Shown: positions 48,151 through 57,752 of the stretch, piece after piece
Position numbering within the stretch: the first letter of the stretch is position 1
How the letters are laid out: each line of letters starts with the position of its first letter
DNA from: Thermoanaerobaculia bacterium
GTDB taxonomy: Bacteria; Acidobacteriota; Thermoanaerobaculia; Multivoradales; Multivoraceae
Length of the DNA stretch: 64,000 nt
Assembly (NCBI GenBank): GCA_963664405.1
Contig: OY761158.1
Span: 5,696,001 to 5,760,000 of the forward strand
Direction of reading: 5' to 3'
Notes under the pieces: generated by a model
The model's input: the letters and a program-made list of their open reading frames with translations, nothing else
The model's database searches: none
Told to the model about the DNA's origin: nothing
Program-made: the position numbers and the translations under genes

Positions 48151-49798
48151 CGCATCGTCGGCGTAGTGGGTGGGTGTGCGAGTGCGGGACCTCGCTGCGG
48201 TCTCGATAGTTTTTGCGATCTTCCGATTGGGGTCGCGGGTGGTCATGTTTCGTATCGGGCGCCAGATCGAGTATCGCCTACGCAACGACTACTTTGCGCA
48301 ACTGCAGCGCCTGCCCCAGTCGTTCTTCAATGCTCATCGCACCGGCGATCTGATGTCGAGGGCGGTGAACGACATCAACAGCGTCAGGCTGTTTCTGGGT
48401 ATGGGGCTGCTCAACATCGTCCAGACGCCGGTTCTCTACATCGGTGCGGCGATTGTGATGATCGGCATCGACCCCTGGCTCACTCTGTGGGTGATCGCAC
48501 CCTTTCCGCTTTTCGTTCTTAATGCGCGCATTTTCGGCCGACATATGTTTGCCGCCAACCTCGCCGGTCAGGAACAGCTTGGCCGCGTATCGACCCGAGT
48601 GCAAGAGAATGCCTCCGGGGTTCTTGTCGTTCGCTCCTACGGCCTCGAGGACCAGGAACGGGACCGCTTCGAGGAGGAAAATCGGACGCTTTACCAGCGC
48701 ATGATGCGGGTGGGAGTCATCAGCCTCGGTATGCAGAACATAGTCGGGCTGCTACCGGCCGTCGCCTCGGGCCTGGTGGTGCTACTTGGAGGGCGAGCCG
48801 TGGCGGCGGGGCGCCTGACCTCCGAAGATCTTTGGGTGTTCTGGGTCTACATCGGCATGCTCACTTTCCCCACGGTGATGTTGGGCTATGTGATCTCTTC
48901 GGCCCAGCGCGGTCTCGCGGCACTCCGCCGTCTCGGCGAGGTGCTCGATATCGTGCCCTCGATCGCGGATCGCCCAAACGTTGCCCAGATGGATCGAGTT
49001 CGTGGGGCGATCACGCTACGCGAGCTCTCCTTCTCCTATCCGGGCAGTGGCTCTGCGCGCGCCCTCGACGCCATCGACCTCGACATCGAAGCGGGCCAGA
49101 CCGTCGGCATTGTCGGTCCGGTAGGCGGAGGCAAGAGCACGCTGGTCAGCGTCATTCCTCGCTTACTCGAAGTTGCCGATGACCATGCGCTGATCGACGG
49201 CATCGATGTGAACAGGGTTCCGGTCAACCTGCTCCGCTCTTCGATCGCGATGGTGCCGCAGGATAGCTTCCTTTTCTCCACCACGATCGCTGAAAACATT
49301 CGCTTCGGCCGTCCCGATGCGGATCTCCACGAAGTTCGAGAGGCCGCACGACGTGCCCACGTGCTTCTGGACATCGAAGACTTCCCTGATGGTTTCGATA
49401 CCGTCGTTGGGGAGCGCGGTATTACCCTGTCCGGCGGCCAGCGCCAGCGGGTGGCCTTGGCTCGAGCGATGTTGCTCGACCCTTCGATCCTGATCCTCGA
49501 CGACTCGTTATCGAGTGTCGACCATGCGACCGAAGATGGGATCCTCACCGATCTCAGCGATGCCATGGCAGGGTGCACCTGCTTGATCGTTGCGCACCGA
49601 ATCTCGGCGGTTCGCGACGCGGACATGATCGTCGTTATCGAACAGGGTCGGCTCACCGAGCGGGGCACCCACGAGTCGTTGGTCGCGGAAGGAGGGTTTT
49701 ACGCCCGGCTTCATCAGCGCCAGAAGCTCGAGGAAGAGCTGGAGTCGCCGGAGCTGGAGGGAGCGCAGCCGATCCCACGTGCAGAGGATGTGGCATGA
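47882..49798 (+). CDS. Heterodimeric ABC exporter subunit 1 (TMD-NBD); 5' region interrupted by the duplication
   Basis: The N-terminus MSDTPVGPVVRLLAYMRK starts at 47882; the main frame is 48170-49798. Motifs RTGDLMSR, GPVGGGKST, LSGGQRQR, degenerate Walker B LILDDS, and AHR. Confidence 0.8.
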
Positions 49799-51624
49799 GC
49801 GGGATTGGCGACCAGGAAGAGCTGGCTCTCGGCAAGGTCTACGACTCAGATTTGGTGCGGCGCCTGTGGCCCTTCGCGCGGCCCCATTGGCGCTACATCA
49901 TGTTCTCGTTTCTCTTGATCCCGCTGCGGGGTCTTCTCGAAGTGGTCCCTCCTCTAGTGGTCGGCGCCGCCCTCAACTATCTCGTCGAGGGCGAGGTGTC
50001 TTCGGCGGTGCCGTTGGCTGAGGGATTCCTGCAGCCACACCTAGGTCTGGAGCCGCTCGAATGGCTGTTTGCGGTACTGATCACGGTGGCGGTGGCGCTG
50101 CTTTCGCTGGACTGGCTTCGCGGCTGGTCGATGCTCGTTCTCGGGCAGAAGACCGTATTGGACCTGCGCCGCCACCTCTTCGATCATGTTCAGCGACTCC
50201 CGATGCGCTTCTTCGACCGTTACCCGGTGGGCCGTCTGGTGACCCGGCTGACCAACGATCTCGAGAGCCTTGCCGAGATGTTCTCGATGGGGGTTGTTGC
50301 TCTCATCGCCGACCTCTTCGTCATGGCTTTCTTCGCCTATGTTGTCTTCACCATCGATCCCCGCTTAGCTGCGGTGGCGATGGCTATCGTCCCGCTGCTC
50401 GCGATCGGAGCCGGCATCTTCCGCTACAAAGTTCGAGAGGCCTTTCGTGAAGTACGCGTCAAGATCGCGAGGCTCAATGCGCAGCTGCAAGAGACCATCT
50501 CGGGGATGAAGGTGGTACAGCTGTTCGCTCGCGAGGCCCGCAACATGGCTGACTTCGATCGCATGAACGCGTCGCATCGCGACTCGTGGATTCGCTCGAT
50601 CAACTACGACGCGCTGCTGTACTCCTCGGTCGATCTCGCCACCAACCTTACGCGGGCCCTCATCTTCTGGTACGGCGCTCGGCTGATGGGTCGGGGAGAG
50701 ATCTCGATCGGCACCCTCTATGTCTTCACCGACTACATGGTGCGTTTCTTTCGCCCGCTGATGGATCTCTCCGGCAAGTACTCGATCATGCAGTCGTCGA
50801 TGGCCAGCGCCGAGCGCGTTTTCCAGCTGCTGGACGAAGAGCAGGAGCCGCCAGACCGAGCCGGGACGGAGGTCGCGGGTAAGGGCGAGGTCGTCTTCGA
50901 CCATGTGACCTTTTCTTACGGCGACGCGCCGGTGCTGAAAGATGTCTCCTTTCGGGTTGCGCCAGGAGAGCGGGTCGCCTTCGTCGGCCACACCGGGTCC
51001 GGAAAAACAACCACTCTGAAGCTCTTGGCTCGTCTCTACGAGCTCGAAGAGGGGAGCATCCGTGTGGATGGCGTGGACATTCGTGAGATACCTCGCGATG
51101 AGCTGCGACGACACATGGCGTTCGTACTACAGGACGTGTTTCTCTTTGACGGCACTCTGCGCTACAACATTCTTCTCGACTCTGAGACCGCGGGCGAAGA
51201 GGAGCTCGCCGCCGCGGTCGACGCCACCCATGTTCGGCCCCTGGTGGATCGGCTGCCGCAGGGCTATGAGCAGCCGGTGAGCGAGCGCGGGGTGAATTTC
51301 TCGACCGGCGAGCGGCAGCTGCTCTCCTTTGCCCGCGCCTTGGTTCGGCGGCCGTCCATCCTGTTGCTGGACGAGGCGACCTCGAGCGTCGATACCGAGA
51401 CCGAGGCCTTGGTGCAGGATGCCCTTCATCATCTCCTCGAGGGCAAGACTTCGATCGTCGTTGCCCACCGTCTCTCGACCATTCAGGATGTCGATCGAAT
51501 CTACGTCATGCACCACGGCTCGATCTGCGAGCGCGGCAACCATCAGGAGCTCTTGGCTCAACGTGGCCTCTACTGGCGCTTGTACCAGATTCAGTTTGCC
51601 CAGCAGGAGGGCGCGGCCGCCTAG
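49795..51624 (+). CDS. Heterodimeric ABC exporter subunit 2 (TMD-NBD)
   Basis: ATG at 49795 overlaps the upstream TGA. Motifs GKVYD, PVGRLVTRLTND, GHTGSGKTT, degenerate signature FSTGERQ, LLDEATS and AHRLST. Confidence 0.93.
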   Translation: MSGIGDQEELALGKVYDSDLVRRLWPFARPHWRYIMFSFLLIPLRGLLEVVPPLVVGAALNYLVEGEVSSAVPLAEGFLQPHLGLEPLEWLFAVLITVAVALLSLDWLRGWSMLVLGQKTVLDLRRHLFDHVQRLPMRFFDRYPVGRLVTRLTNDLESLAEMFSMGVVALIADLFVMAFFAYVVFTIDPRLAAVAMAIVPLLAIGAGIFRYKVREAFREVRVKIARLNAQLQETISGMKVVQLFAREARNMADFDRMNASHRDSWIRSINYDALLYSSVDLATNLTRALIFWYGARLMGRGEISIGTLYVFTDYMVRFFRPLMDLSGKYSIMQSSMASAERVFQLLDEEQEPPDRAGTEVAGKGEVVFDHVTFSYGDAPVLKDVSFRVAPGERVAFVGHTGSGKTTTLKLLARLYELEEGSIRVDGVDIREIPRDELRRHMAFVLQDVFLFDGTLRYNILLDSETAGEEELAAAVDATHVRPLVDRLPQGYEQPVSERGVNFSTGERQLLSFARALVRRPSILLLDEATSSVDTETEALVQDALHHLLEGKTSIVVAHRLSTIQDVDRIYVMHHGSICERGNHQELLAQRGLYWRLYQIQFAQQEGAAA

Positions 51625-51696
51625 TAGACCAGCGTTTCCAAAGTTCGGGCTGCATAGCTCGAGCTCATTCGGTTCGCTGGCCAGGCGCGCCGACGC
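51625..51696. mobile_element. Truncated type A MITE-like element
   Basis: TAG ACCAGCGTTTCCAAAGTTCGGGCTGCATAGCTCGAGCTCATTCGGTTCGCTGGCCAGGCGCGCCGACGC immediately after the ABC transporter TAG stop; the right half is missing. Confidence 0.85.
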
Positions 51697-51763
51697 GACG
51701 GCTCTCTGGAAGAGAGCTCGTTCGAGTTGGAGGACATCGTTTGCGAGTGGCACGGCGTCGTCG

Positions 51764-52489
51764 ACGAAGCTGACCTTGATCCTCTGCTCGAGGAACGACG
51801 ATTACGGAGGAGATTCGGTGGCGCGACTGACCAGCACTCTCAACCACGCTGGACAGATCCTCGCCGAGTGCGGGCACTTGGGCAATACCGAGATCGTGGT
51901 TTCCGACTGGGGCAGTGAGGAGCCGTTATCGGGGGTATTGGATCTCAACGCCGAGCCGAGGAAGATCGTTCACTTCAACTACATACCCCGCGAGGCGACC
52001 GCCAAGCTACCCACCGAGTTCTCGGAGGTCCACGCGTTGAACTCCGCTGCACGGCTCATTGCCGGCGACTTCATTGGAAGAATCGACCAGGATACGTTGA
52101 TCGGTCGGCGCTTCGTGGAGTGGTTCTTTGGAGGTGGGTTCTCGACTCGATGCGCCTATTTCTCCAGTCGGCGGGACATGGCCGAAGGCCAACCGGCGGA
52201 GCGCTATGAGGAGGCTCCGCTTTGGAAAGAGGATAGAAGGGCCTGGCATCGGAGCTGGTTCTGGCGGGCCGCGGTAGGGATCTTTCTGATTCCCCGGCAG
52301 ACCTATTGGGACCTAGGCGGATACGACGAGGCGAACATTCATCGAGGCCACATGGAGCAGGAGTTTGTCTTCCGGCTGCGGCGCGCGGGAAAGGTTCTGT
52401 GCCCCAATGGCGAGAGCTGGGGATTGCTCGGTGCCGCTCGGGAACCGCGCCGGCAAGGAACCGAGAAACCTTCTTCCGCCGAGATCTGA
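51764..52489 (+). pseudogene. GT-A fold (GT2/GT7-like) glycosyltransferase fragment lacking a canonical start
   Basis: (T)KLTLILCSRNDDYGG, EIVVSDWGS, ALNSAAR, RIDQD (DxD-like) and LGGYDE. ACG at 51764 sits where Met is expected, and the gene is preceded by a truncated repeat. Confidence 0.6.
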
Positions 52490-52491
52490 CT

Positions 52492-53187
52492 TCAGTAGGA
52501 GACACCGACCGAGTCACAGAGGAACGCTACGAAGTCGCCGGCTGCCTCGAACGCCTTGGTTACTTCATCGAGGAGCCTCGGCTGATAGAGCCGGTCGGTC
52601 GCAAGCGAACGAGTGGCGATGAAGTCTTTGCGCTTGAGATCCTCGATCTGGGGGTGGTCTTCGTCGTAACCGCGTGGTGCCCGTTTCAATGAGTCGCCTC
52701 CGAGCTCCCAGGTACGGGTGAAGGCCTTCGCGGCGCGCGCTTTGTGCCACCCTTCGGGATGAAGGTCTATCCCTCTTCGGATTCCGGCCAGGCCGGTGGC
52801 GTCTGGGCGCCACATGCCTGCGCCCAAAAAGACGGAAGCCGGCTCGAGGTGCACGTAGAAGCCGGGAGCGTGAATGTCCTTGCCTCGCTCGTGGCGGAAC
52901 TGGATGCCGAGGTTGGTTTTGTAGGGGCGCTTGTCCTTGGCGAATCGAGTGTCACGGTAGATGCGCATCATCGAACCGCCGGTCTTCTTCGCGATCGCGA
53001 GGAAGTGCGGTGAGATCGACTCTAGGCGGGGTGCCATGGCTTCGACAAAGGCCATCGCTGGCACCACTACTTCGCTCTCGTACCGGGCTTTGTTGGCGTT
53101 GAACCAATCTCTGTCGTTGTTCTCTGCGAGCTCGTCGAGAAAATCGATGAGCGAGGGCTCGAAGTGGCGAAAAGATTGTGTACCCAT
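52492..53187 (-). CDS. DUF2461 / TIGR02453 family protein
   Basis: Motifs NNDRDWF..NK..YE, RIYRDTRFAKDKRPYK, PGFYVH, LKRAPRGY and LKRKDF. Confidence 0.9.
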   Translation of the reverse strand: MGTQSFRHFEPSLIDFLDELAENNDRDWFNANKARYESEVVVPAMAFVEAMAPRLESISPHFLAIAKKTGGSMMRIYRDTRFAKDKRPYKTNLGIQFRHERGKDIHAPGFYVHLEPASVFLGAGMWRPDATGLAGIRRGIDLHPEGWHKARAAKAFTRTWELGGDSLKRAPRGYDEDHPQIEDLKRKDFIATRSLATDRLYQPRLLDEVTKAFEAAGDFVAFLCDSVGVSY

Positions 53188-53219
53188 TGTCGGTCTCGAG
53201 GTTGCGAGTATGTGCTTGT

Positions 53220-53309
53220 TAGGAGCGTGTCCGAGAATTCGGACAGGCGAGTAGTTCTTAGGGGGGGATGGGCCGGAGAACGGGCCGCAGGCCGGTTTTC
53301 CGGGGCTAG
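53220..53309. repeat. TAG/CTAG-bounded hairpin repeat, module D (stand-alone copy)
   Basis: TAG GAGCGTGTCCGAGAATTCGGACAGGCGAGTAGTTCTTAGGGGGGGATGGGCCGGAGAACGGGCCGCAGGCCGGTTTTCCGGGG CTAG; the right CTAG is the enoyl-CoA hydratase stop. Confidence 0.85.
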
Positions 53310-54043
53310 TTCTTGGCGAAGGCTTCGAGCCTCTGCTGAAGATCGGGCCCCGATCCTGGCGTCGCCGCTCGCTCGAAGGCGAGACCCTCCTTCAAAGTAA
53401 ATGCCTGGCCCTCGTTTACCAGCATCTTGTCGGCTCTGAGCGTGTGCCATGAGCTCTCTACGATGTCGCGAGCCAGCGCCAGGGTGGCGGTCTCGAGCTC
53501 CTCGTCGGGGACGCAGCGGTTGGCCAGGCCGATCCGGGCGGCTTCACGCCCCTCTACGACTCGTTGTGTGAACATCAGTTCTTTCGCAATCAGAGGGCCG
53601 ACCCGTCGGGGTAGGCGTTGGCTCATGCCCCAGCTCGGTGTCATCGCCCAGCGCCCGTGGGTGTCGGCGAATTTTGCCGATTCGGCGGCGACCAATAGAT
53701 CACAGGCCAGCGCGAGCTCGAGCGCGCCGGTGTAGCAGTGGCCTTGTACGGAGGCGATGACCGGCTGGGGAAGCGCCTCGATTGCCTCCAGGGTCTCGGC
53801 CTGGAAGTGCGGCGTCGGCGCCTTTTCGCCGCTCATCGTCGCCTTGAGGTCGTTGCCGGCGGAGAAGGAGCGTCCTTCGCCGCGAAGAATCACGCAGCCG
53901 ACCTCGTCGGTTTGCGCTGCCAGCTGGTCGATGTGATCGCGTAGCTCGACGAAGAGTGCCGGCCGAAGAGCGTTCAGCGCGTCGGGTCGATTGAAGCTTA
54001 GGGTACAGACTCCGCGGTCGTCGTGACGGAGGATATCGGTCAT
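53306..54043 (-). CDS. Enoyl-CoA hydratase/isomerase (crotonase) family protein
   Basis: Motifs NRPDALNAL, FSAGNDL, PVIASVQGHCYTGALELALACD and FADTH. Confidence 0.9.
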   Translation of the reverse strand: MTDILRHDDRGVCTLSFNRPDALNALRPALFVELRDHIDQLAAQTDEVGCVILRGEGRSFSAGNDLKATMSGEKAPTPHFQAETLEAIEALPQPVIASVQGHCYTGALELALACDLLVAAESAKFADTHGRWAMTPSWGMSQRLPRRVGPLIAKELMFTQRVVEGREAARIGLANRCVPDEELETATLALARDIVESSWHTLRADKMLVNEGQAFTLKEGLAFERAATPGSGPDLQQRLEAFAKN

Positions 54044-54062
54044 GAAGTGGCTCCTGATGGGC

Positions 54063-55136
54063 TCAAGGCGTGTGGAGTGAGGAGAGGAAATCGATCATCG
54101 CCGAGTTGGTCTCTCGCGGTGCCTCTTGCTGCACCCAGTGACCGATCTCGGGTACGACAACTACGCTACGAAGCGCCGGCGCCCAGGGGCGCATCAGAGA
54201 ATCGAGGCTGGTGGCGGACGCGCCCCGAATCACCATGTCCTTTTCCCCGGCGATAAAGAGAGCCGGTTGCTCGACCTTGGCATCGCTCAGCTGGGGAGTG
54301 AGCTCCCAGTTGCGATGGAAGTTGCGGTAGTAATTGATGCCGCCGCGGAAGCCGGCGTGAGAGAACTCGCTCACGTAGTAGTCGAGGTCCTTGGCAGCCA
54401 ACCAGGGTGGCAACTCTTTGGGAGCACCGAGACGGCCGGTCCACCCGCCGGCGCTGCGTTTGGGGTCGGTAATCTCCGGCTTCTCTCTAGGGGTGTCAGG
54501 GGAGGCGTAGACCCGGCTCAGTATGCCCCTAGGGTTCGCATCGAACTCCGTTTCCGCGACGTCCGGCTCTTGGAAGTAGAGAATATAGAAGAAGTTCTCC
54601 CCATAGGCCTGACGTAGTCGATCGGTGAGCGAGGCGTCGCCCCTTCCGGTGTAGGGAACGCTCATCGCGATCACCGAAGAGAAGCGCTCGGGCTCGAGTA
54701 GGGCGCAGTTCCAGGCGATGATGGCGCCCCAGTCGTGTCCGACCAGAACTGCTCGCTCTTCGCCGAGGGCCTCGATCATGCCGACGACAGTGCGGCAGGT
54801 ATTGATGACGTCGTAGCTCTCGACCGCCGCAGGGGAATCGCTGTGTCCATAGCCTGGCATGTCAGGGGCGACGGCGCGGTAGCCGGCCTCAGCAAGAGCT
54901 GGGAGCTGGTGGCGCCACGAGTACCAGGACTCGGGGAAGCCATGAAGAAGCAGAACGAGAGGTCCCTCTCCTCGCTCCGCCAAGCGAATTCGAAGCCCGT
55001 TGCTCTCGACATAGTGGAGGCGGTTGCCGAGCACGGTTTCATCCATGGGAGTCTCTCCTCGAATCTGCGGGCTCCCCAGGAGTAGGGCCACCAAGAGCCA
55101 TGATGAGATCAGTGGGGGAACGGGGGGTCGACGCAC
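54063..55136 (-). CDS. Alpha/beta hydrolase, soluble epoxide hydrolase-like
   Basis: Motifs HGFPESWYSWRHQ, PGYG, GHDWGA, YILYFQ, NYYRN and GHWVQQE. Possible signal peptide; an alternative start at MDETVLG is possible. Confidence 0.88.
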   Translation of the reverse strand: MRRPPVPPLISSWLLVALLLGSPQIRGETPMDETVLGNRLHYVESNGLRIRLAERGEGPLVLLLHGFPESWYSWRHQLPALAEAGYRAVAPDMPGYGHSDSPAAVESYDVINTCRTVVGMIEALGEERAVLVGHDWGAIIAWNCALLEPERFSSVIAMSVPYTGRGDASLTDRLRQAYGENFFYILYFQEPDVAETEFDANPRGILSRVYASPDTPREKPEITDPKRSAGGWTGRLGAPKELPPWLAAKDLDYYVSEFSHAGFRGGINYYRNFHRNWELTPQLSDAKVEQPALFIAGEKDMVIRGASATSLDSLMRPWAPALRSVVVVPEIGHWVQQEAPRETNSAMIDFLSSLHTP

Positions 55137-55214
55137 GAAAGTCAGTCTACCTTGCTCGCTTTGGCACCGGCGATGCCGAGTGTCCCCTGGAGAGGTCGGA
55201 TGGAGGGGAGGGCT

Positions 55215-55239
55215 GACTCACGATTTGCGCTCGTGAGTC
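55215..55239. promoter_or_regulatory. Inverted repeat, candidate upstream activator site
   Basis: GACTCACGA-N7-TCGTGAGTC is a perfect 9-bp inverted repeat about 47 bp upstream of a sigma54-type promoter. Confidence 0.4.
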
Positions 55240-55285
55240 GTCCAGAGCGCTGTAACAGCAGAGGTTCCTCGGTTTGAAAGGGTGT

Positions 55286-55301
55286 TGGCATCGAGGTTGC
55301 T
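55286..55301 (+). promoter_or_regulatory. Sigma54 (-24/-12) promoter candidate for the outer-membrane barrel gene
   Basis: TGGCATCGAGGTTGCT has the TGGCA-N6-TTGCW spacing. Confidence 0.6.
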
Positions 55302-55311
55302 CTAGGAGTAC

Positions 55312-55478
55312 CTAGTGTCGTGTCCCAGAAATGCCTACCCAATAGCTCGGCCCCTTTCGCTCGCTGCCTTCGTTACGCCTCGCCGACAGATTTCCCAATA
55401 TGCCTGCCTCGCCGCGCCTTGGCAGCGAACGAAATGACCTCGATCTATTAGGCAGGCATTTCCGGGACACGACACTAG
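55312..55478. mobile_element. MITE-like element, type C (TIR TGTCGTGTCCCRGAAATGCCT), CTAG-flanked
   Basis: CTAG TGTCGTGTCCCAGAAATGCCT...AGGCATTTCCGGGACACGACA CTAG; core GGCCCCTTT..CGCTGCC..CGTT..CCCAATATGCCT..GCGCCTTGGCAGCG..AAATGAC shared with types A and B. Confidence 0.8.
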
Positions 55479-55513
55479 GTCCCGCTGAAGCCCCTATGAA
55501 AGAGGAGAGATCT

Positions 55514-56224
55514 ATGAGCAGCCACCGATGCCTTCCCGTTCTTCTCGTCTCTGTGCCACTCCTGGTCGCCTTGGCGCCGGCGCATGGCCAGACCACCGAG
55601 CCTTACAACGATCGTCCCTCCGCGGTGCGTGTTCGCTTTGGGGAGTTTGAGCCCGAGGGAGATTCGATCTACTGGGACCAGCGCGAGATCGACTTCACCG
55701 GCAGCGTCGACGACTTTGCCGATAGCATCTACGCAGTTGACTTTGTCCACATGCTCACCGAGCGCTGGGGCGTGATGGCGTCTGCGAGTTACTACGAAGG
55801 CCAGGATAGACAGGCCTTTCGAGACTTTGTCGATGATCGGGGGGCCGATATTCTCCATGACACATCGTTGGAAGTCGCCACCTTGAATGTCGGAGTGGTG
55901 TTCCACCTACTTCGCCGCGACGCGGCCGTGAGTCCCTATATCGGAGGAGGCTTCGGTTTTTACGGCTACGATCTCGAAGAGTCGGGGGACTTCATCGACT
56001 TCGACACCTTCGAGGTCATTCCTGGCACTTTCACCGCCGACGGTGACGCCTTTGGTGCCTATCTCCTGGTGGGGCTCGAGGTCCCCCTCACAGGCCAGGT
56101 CTCGATCTTCGGAGAAGCTCGCTGGCACGACGCCGACGACGAGCTCGCGGGTGACTTTCGGGAGTTCGGCACCATCGATCTGGGCGGTCAGGAGTACTCG
56201 GCAGGTCTGTCGTTCCGCTTCTGA
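55514..56224 (+). CDS. Outer-membrane beta-barrel protein (OmpA/OmpW-like porin domain)
   Basis: AGGAG ribosome-binding site, signal peptide ending AHG, motifs SPYIGGGFG and GLEVP, C-terminal GLSFRF. Confidence 0.8.
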   Translation: MSSHRCLPVLLVSVPLLVALAPAHGQTTEPYNDRPSAVRVRFGEFEPEGDSIYWDQREIDFTGSVDDFADSIYAVDFVHMLTERWGVMASASYYEGQDRQAFRDFVDDRGADILHDTSLEVATLNVGVVFHLLRRDAAVSPYIGGGFGFYGYDLEESGDFIDFDTFEVIPGTFTADGDAFGAYLLVGLEVPLTGQVSIFGEARWHDADDELAGDFREFGTIDLGGQEYSAGLSFRF

Positions 56225-56234
56225 CGCGGCCGAA

Positions 56235-56489
56235 TCAGTCGCGCTTGCGAAAGACCCTGAAAATGGCCATGGCGAGGGTCGACCCGATGGTGGCGAAGAT
56301 GACGGTGCGCAGCCCTACCTCGGGCCCGTCCCCGTGGCTGATAAGAGATGAGAGCGCCCCCCCGAGAACCGCCCCGGCGACGCCGGTCAGGATCGTCGGG
56401 GCTAAGGCAAGGGGATCCTCGGCGGGCTTGAGCAGCCGTGCCAGCATGAAGGCGAGGGTGCCGGCGGCGAGCCAGGCGATGAGCTCCAT
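56235..56489 (-). CDS. GlsB/YeaQ/YmgE (transglycosylase-associated) membrane protein
   Basis: 84 aa, three TM segments, motifs LARLL.P, GVAGAVLGG and ATIGS. Confidence 0.7.
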   Translation of the reverse strand: MELIAWLAAGTLAFMLARLLKPAEDPLALAPTILTGVAGAVLGGALSSLISHGDGPEVGLRTVIFATIGSTLAMAIFRVFRKRD

Positions 56490-56492
56490 CTC

Positions 56493-57752
56493 TTAGCGAC
56501 CCTCGCTCGTTTGATCTTTCGCGGACACGCTCGGCCCGAGTCGAGCCGCGACCAGCTCGCGCTTGTTTCGCGCGAAGAGGACTCCGTCGGAATAGGCGGG
56601 GTAGGCCCGTACGACACCCTCGAGAAGCTTGGCCGTACTCCGGGGCTCGAATCCCGCTTCGCTTGCTGTGGCGGAGATCAGACGACCGTCTTCGTGAAGA
56701 ACGAGTAGCGTGTCACTGACGAGAGTGAGGCTTCCGGACCCGAACCTCTCGAGGCTCCAACGCACCTCGCCGGTGTCGAGCCGGATGCAGCGTAAGGCCG
56801 GCCCGTATTCCTGCCGCCCATGAAACCCGTAGAGATGACCCTTGGAGTAGACGCTGGTGGCGTAGTGGTTCGACAGGATCTCGTCCGAGGTCCACACCGG
56901 TTGTGGTTTCTCCGAGCTCAGTTGGAGGAGGGTGGCACCCGTGCCGTAGCTAGCCGAGAGAAAAACTCGATCGCCGAGTACCAGGGGGGTTGCGGCGTTG
57001 ACGGAAGAGCCCGAGCGCGAGCGCCACCTCAAAGAGTGCCGCAGCGTCCCAGTTGCGCTGTCGGTGATTACCAGGCCCTCCCGCGTCAAAAAGACAACCG
57101 CAGGCTCGCCTCCGAGCTTCGCGCTCACTGGAGAGGAGTAGCTCGCCCCTTGGCGGGTGCTCTGCCATGCCACCTCGCCGGTTTCGGCATCGAAAGCGAC
57201 GATGCCCGCGTCGGCGCCTCCGACATTCACGAACACGCGGCCGGAGTCGACGAGGGGGCTGGTGGCGGCGCCGAAGAACCCTTTGCGCACCTTGAAGCGC
57301 GGATGGGTCTCGACCTTCCAGAGGGGCCGGCCCGAGGTGAGCTCGAGGGCGCTCAGAACACCCTGTGCGCCGAAGGTGAAGACCTTGTCTCCCGCGATTG
57401 TCGGCGCCGCGCGAGGGCCCTCGTCGAAGCCGAAGTCGTCGCGGTATGCGGTGGTGTAGTGGTGGGTCCACTGGAGCTCGCCGGTGGCGGCGTCGAGACA
57501 ATCGACGACTTCGTGGCCGTTGGCGCGATGGAAGAGAATCAGTCGCCGATTCGCCACCGTTGGGGCACTGAAGCCTTCACCGACAGGTCTCGTCCAAAGA
57601 ATGGGAGGACCCGAGCTCGTCCACTGTTCAGGAGCTGGCTCTAGGGAGGTTCCGTCACGTCTCGGCCCGAGATGCTGAGGCCAGTCCTTCGCGACGACTT
57701 CAGCGCTCACCAGGAGCGCCGTAGCCGTCACCAGCAGTGGCAGCGGCCTCAT
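56493..57752 (-). CDS. PQQ-binding-like beta-propeller protein (BamB-like repeats)
   Basis: Signal peptide, DWPQHLGP.R.G, repeated LDA.TGE..W motifs, YSSP and LFARN. Confidence 0.85.
   Translation of the reverse strand: MRPLPLLVTATALLVSAEVVAKDWPQHLGPRRDGTSLEPAPEQWTSSGPPILWTRPVGEGFSAPTVANRRLILFHRANGHEVVDCLDAATGELQWTHHYTTAYRDDFGFDEGPRAAPTIAGDKVFTFGAQGVLSALELTSGRPLWKVETHPRFKVRKGFFGAATSPLVDSGRVFVNVGGADAGIVAFDAETGEVAWQSTRQGASYSSPVSAKLGGEPAVVFLTREGLVITDSATGTLRHSLRWRSRSGSSVNAATPLVLGDRVFLSASYGTGATLLQLSSEKPQPVWTSDEILSNHYATSVYSKGHLYGFHGRQEYGPALRCIRLDTGEVRWSLERFGSGSLTLVSDTLLVLHEDGRLISATASEAGFEPRSTAKLLEGVVRAYPAYSDGVLFARNKRELVAARLGPSVSAKDQTSEGR

Noticed and set aside
49100-51400. Non-canonical ABC motifs (Walker B DD, signature FSTGE) as signs of inactivation
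   Set aside because: One degenerate and one consensus site is the normal asymmetry of heterodimeric exporters such as TM287/288.
55400-55513. Longer N-terminus of the barrel protein from the ATG at 55400
   Set aside because: That ATG is inside the type C repeat; the ATG at 55514 has an AGGAG site and gives a proper signal peptide.
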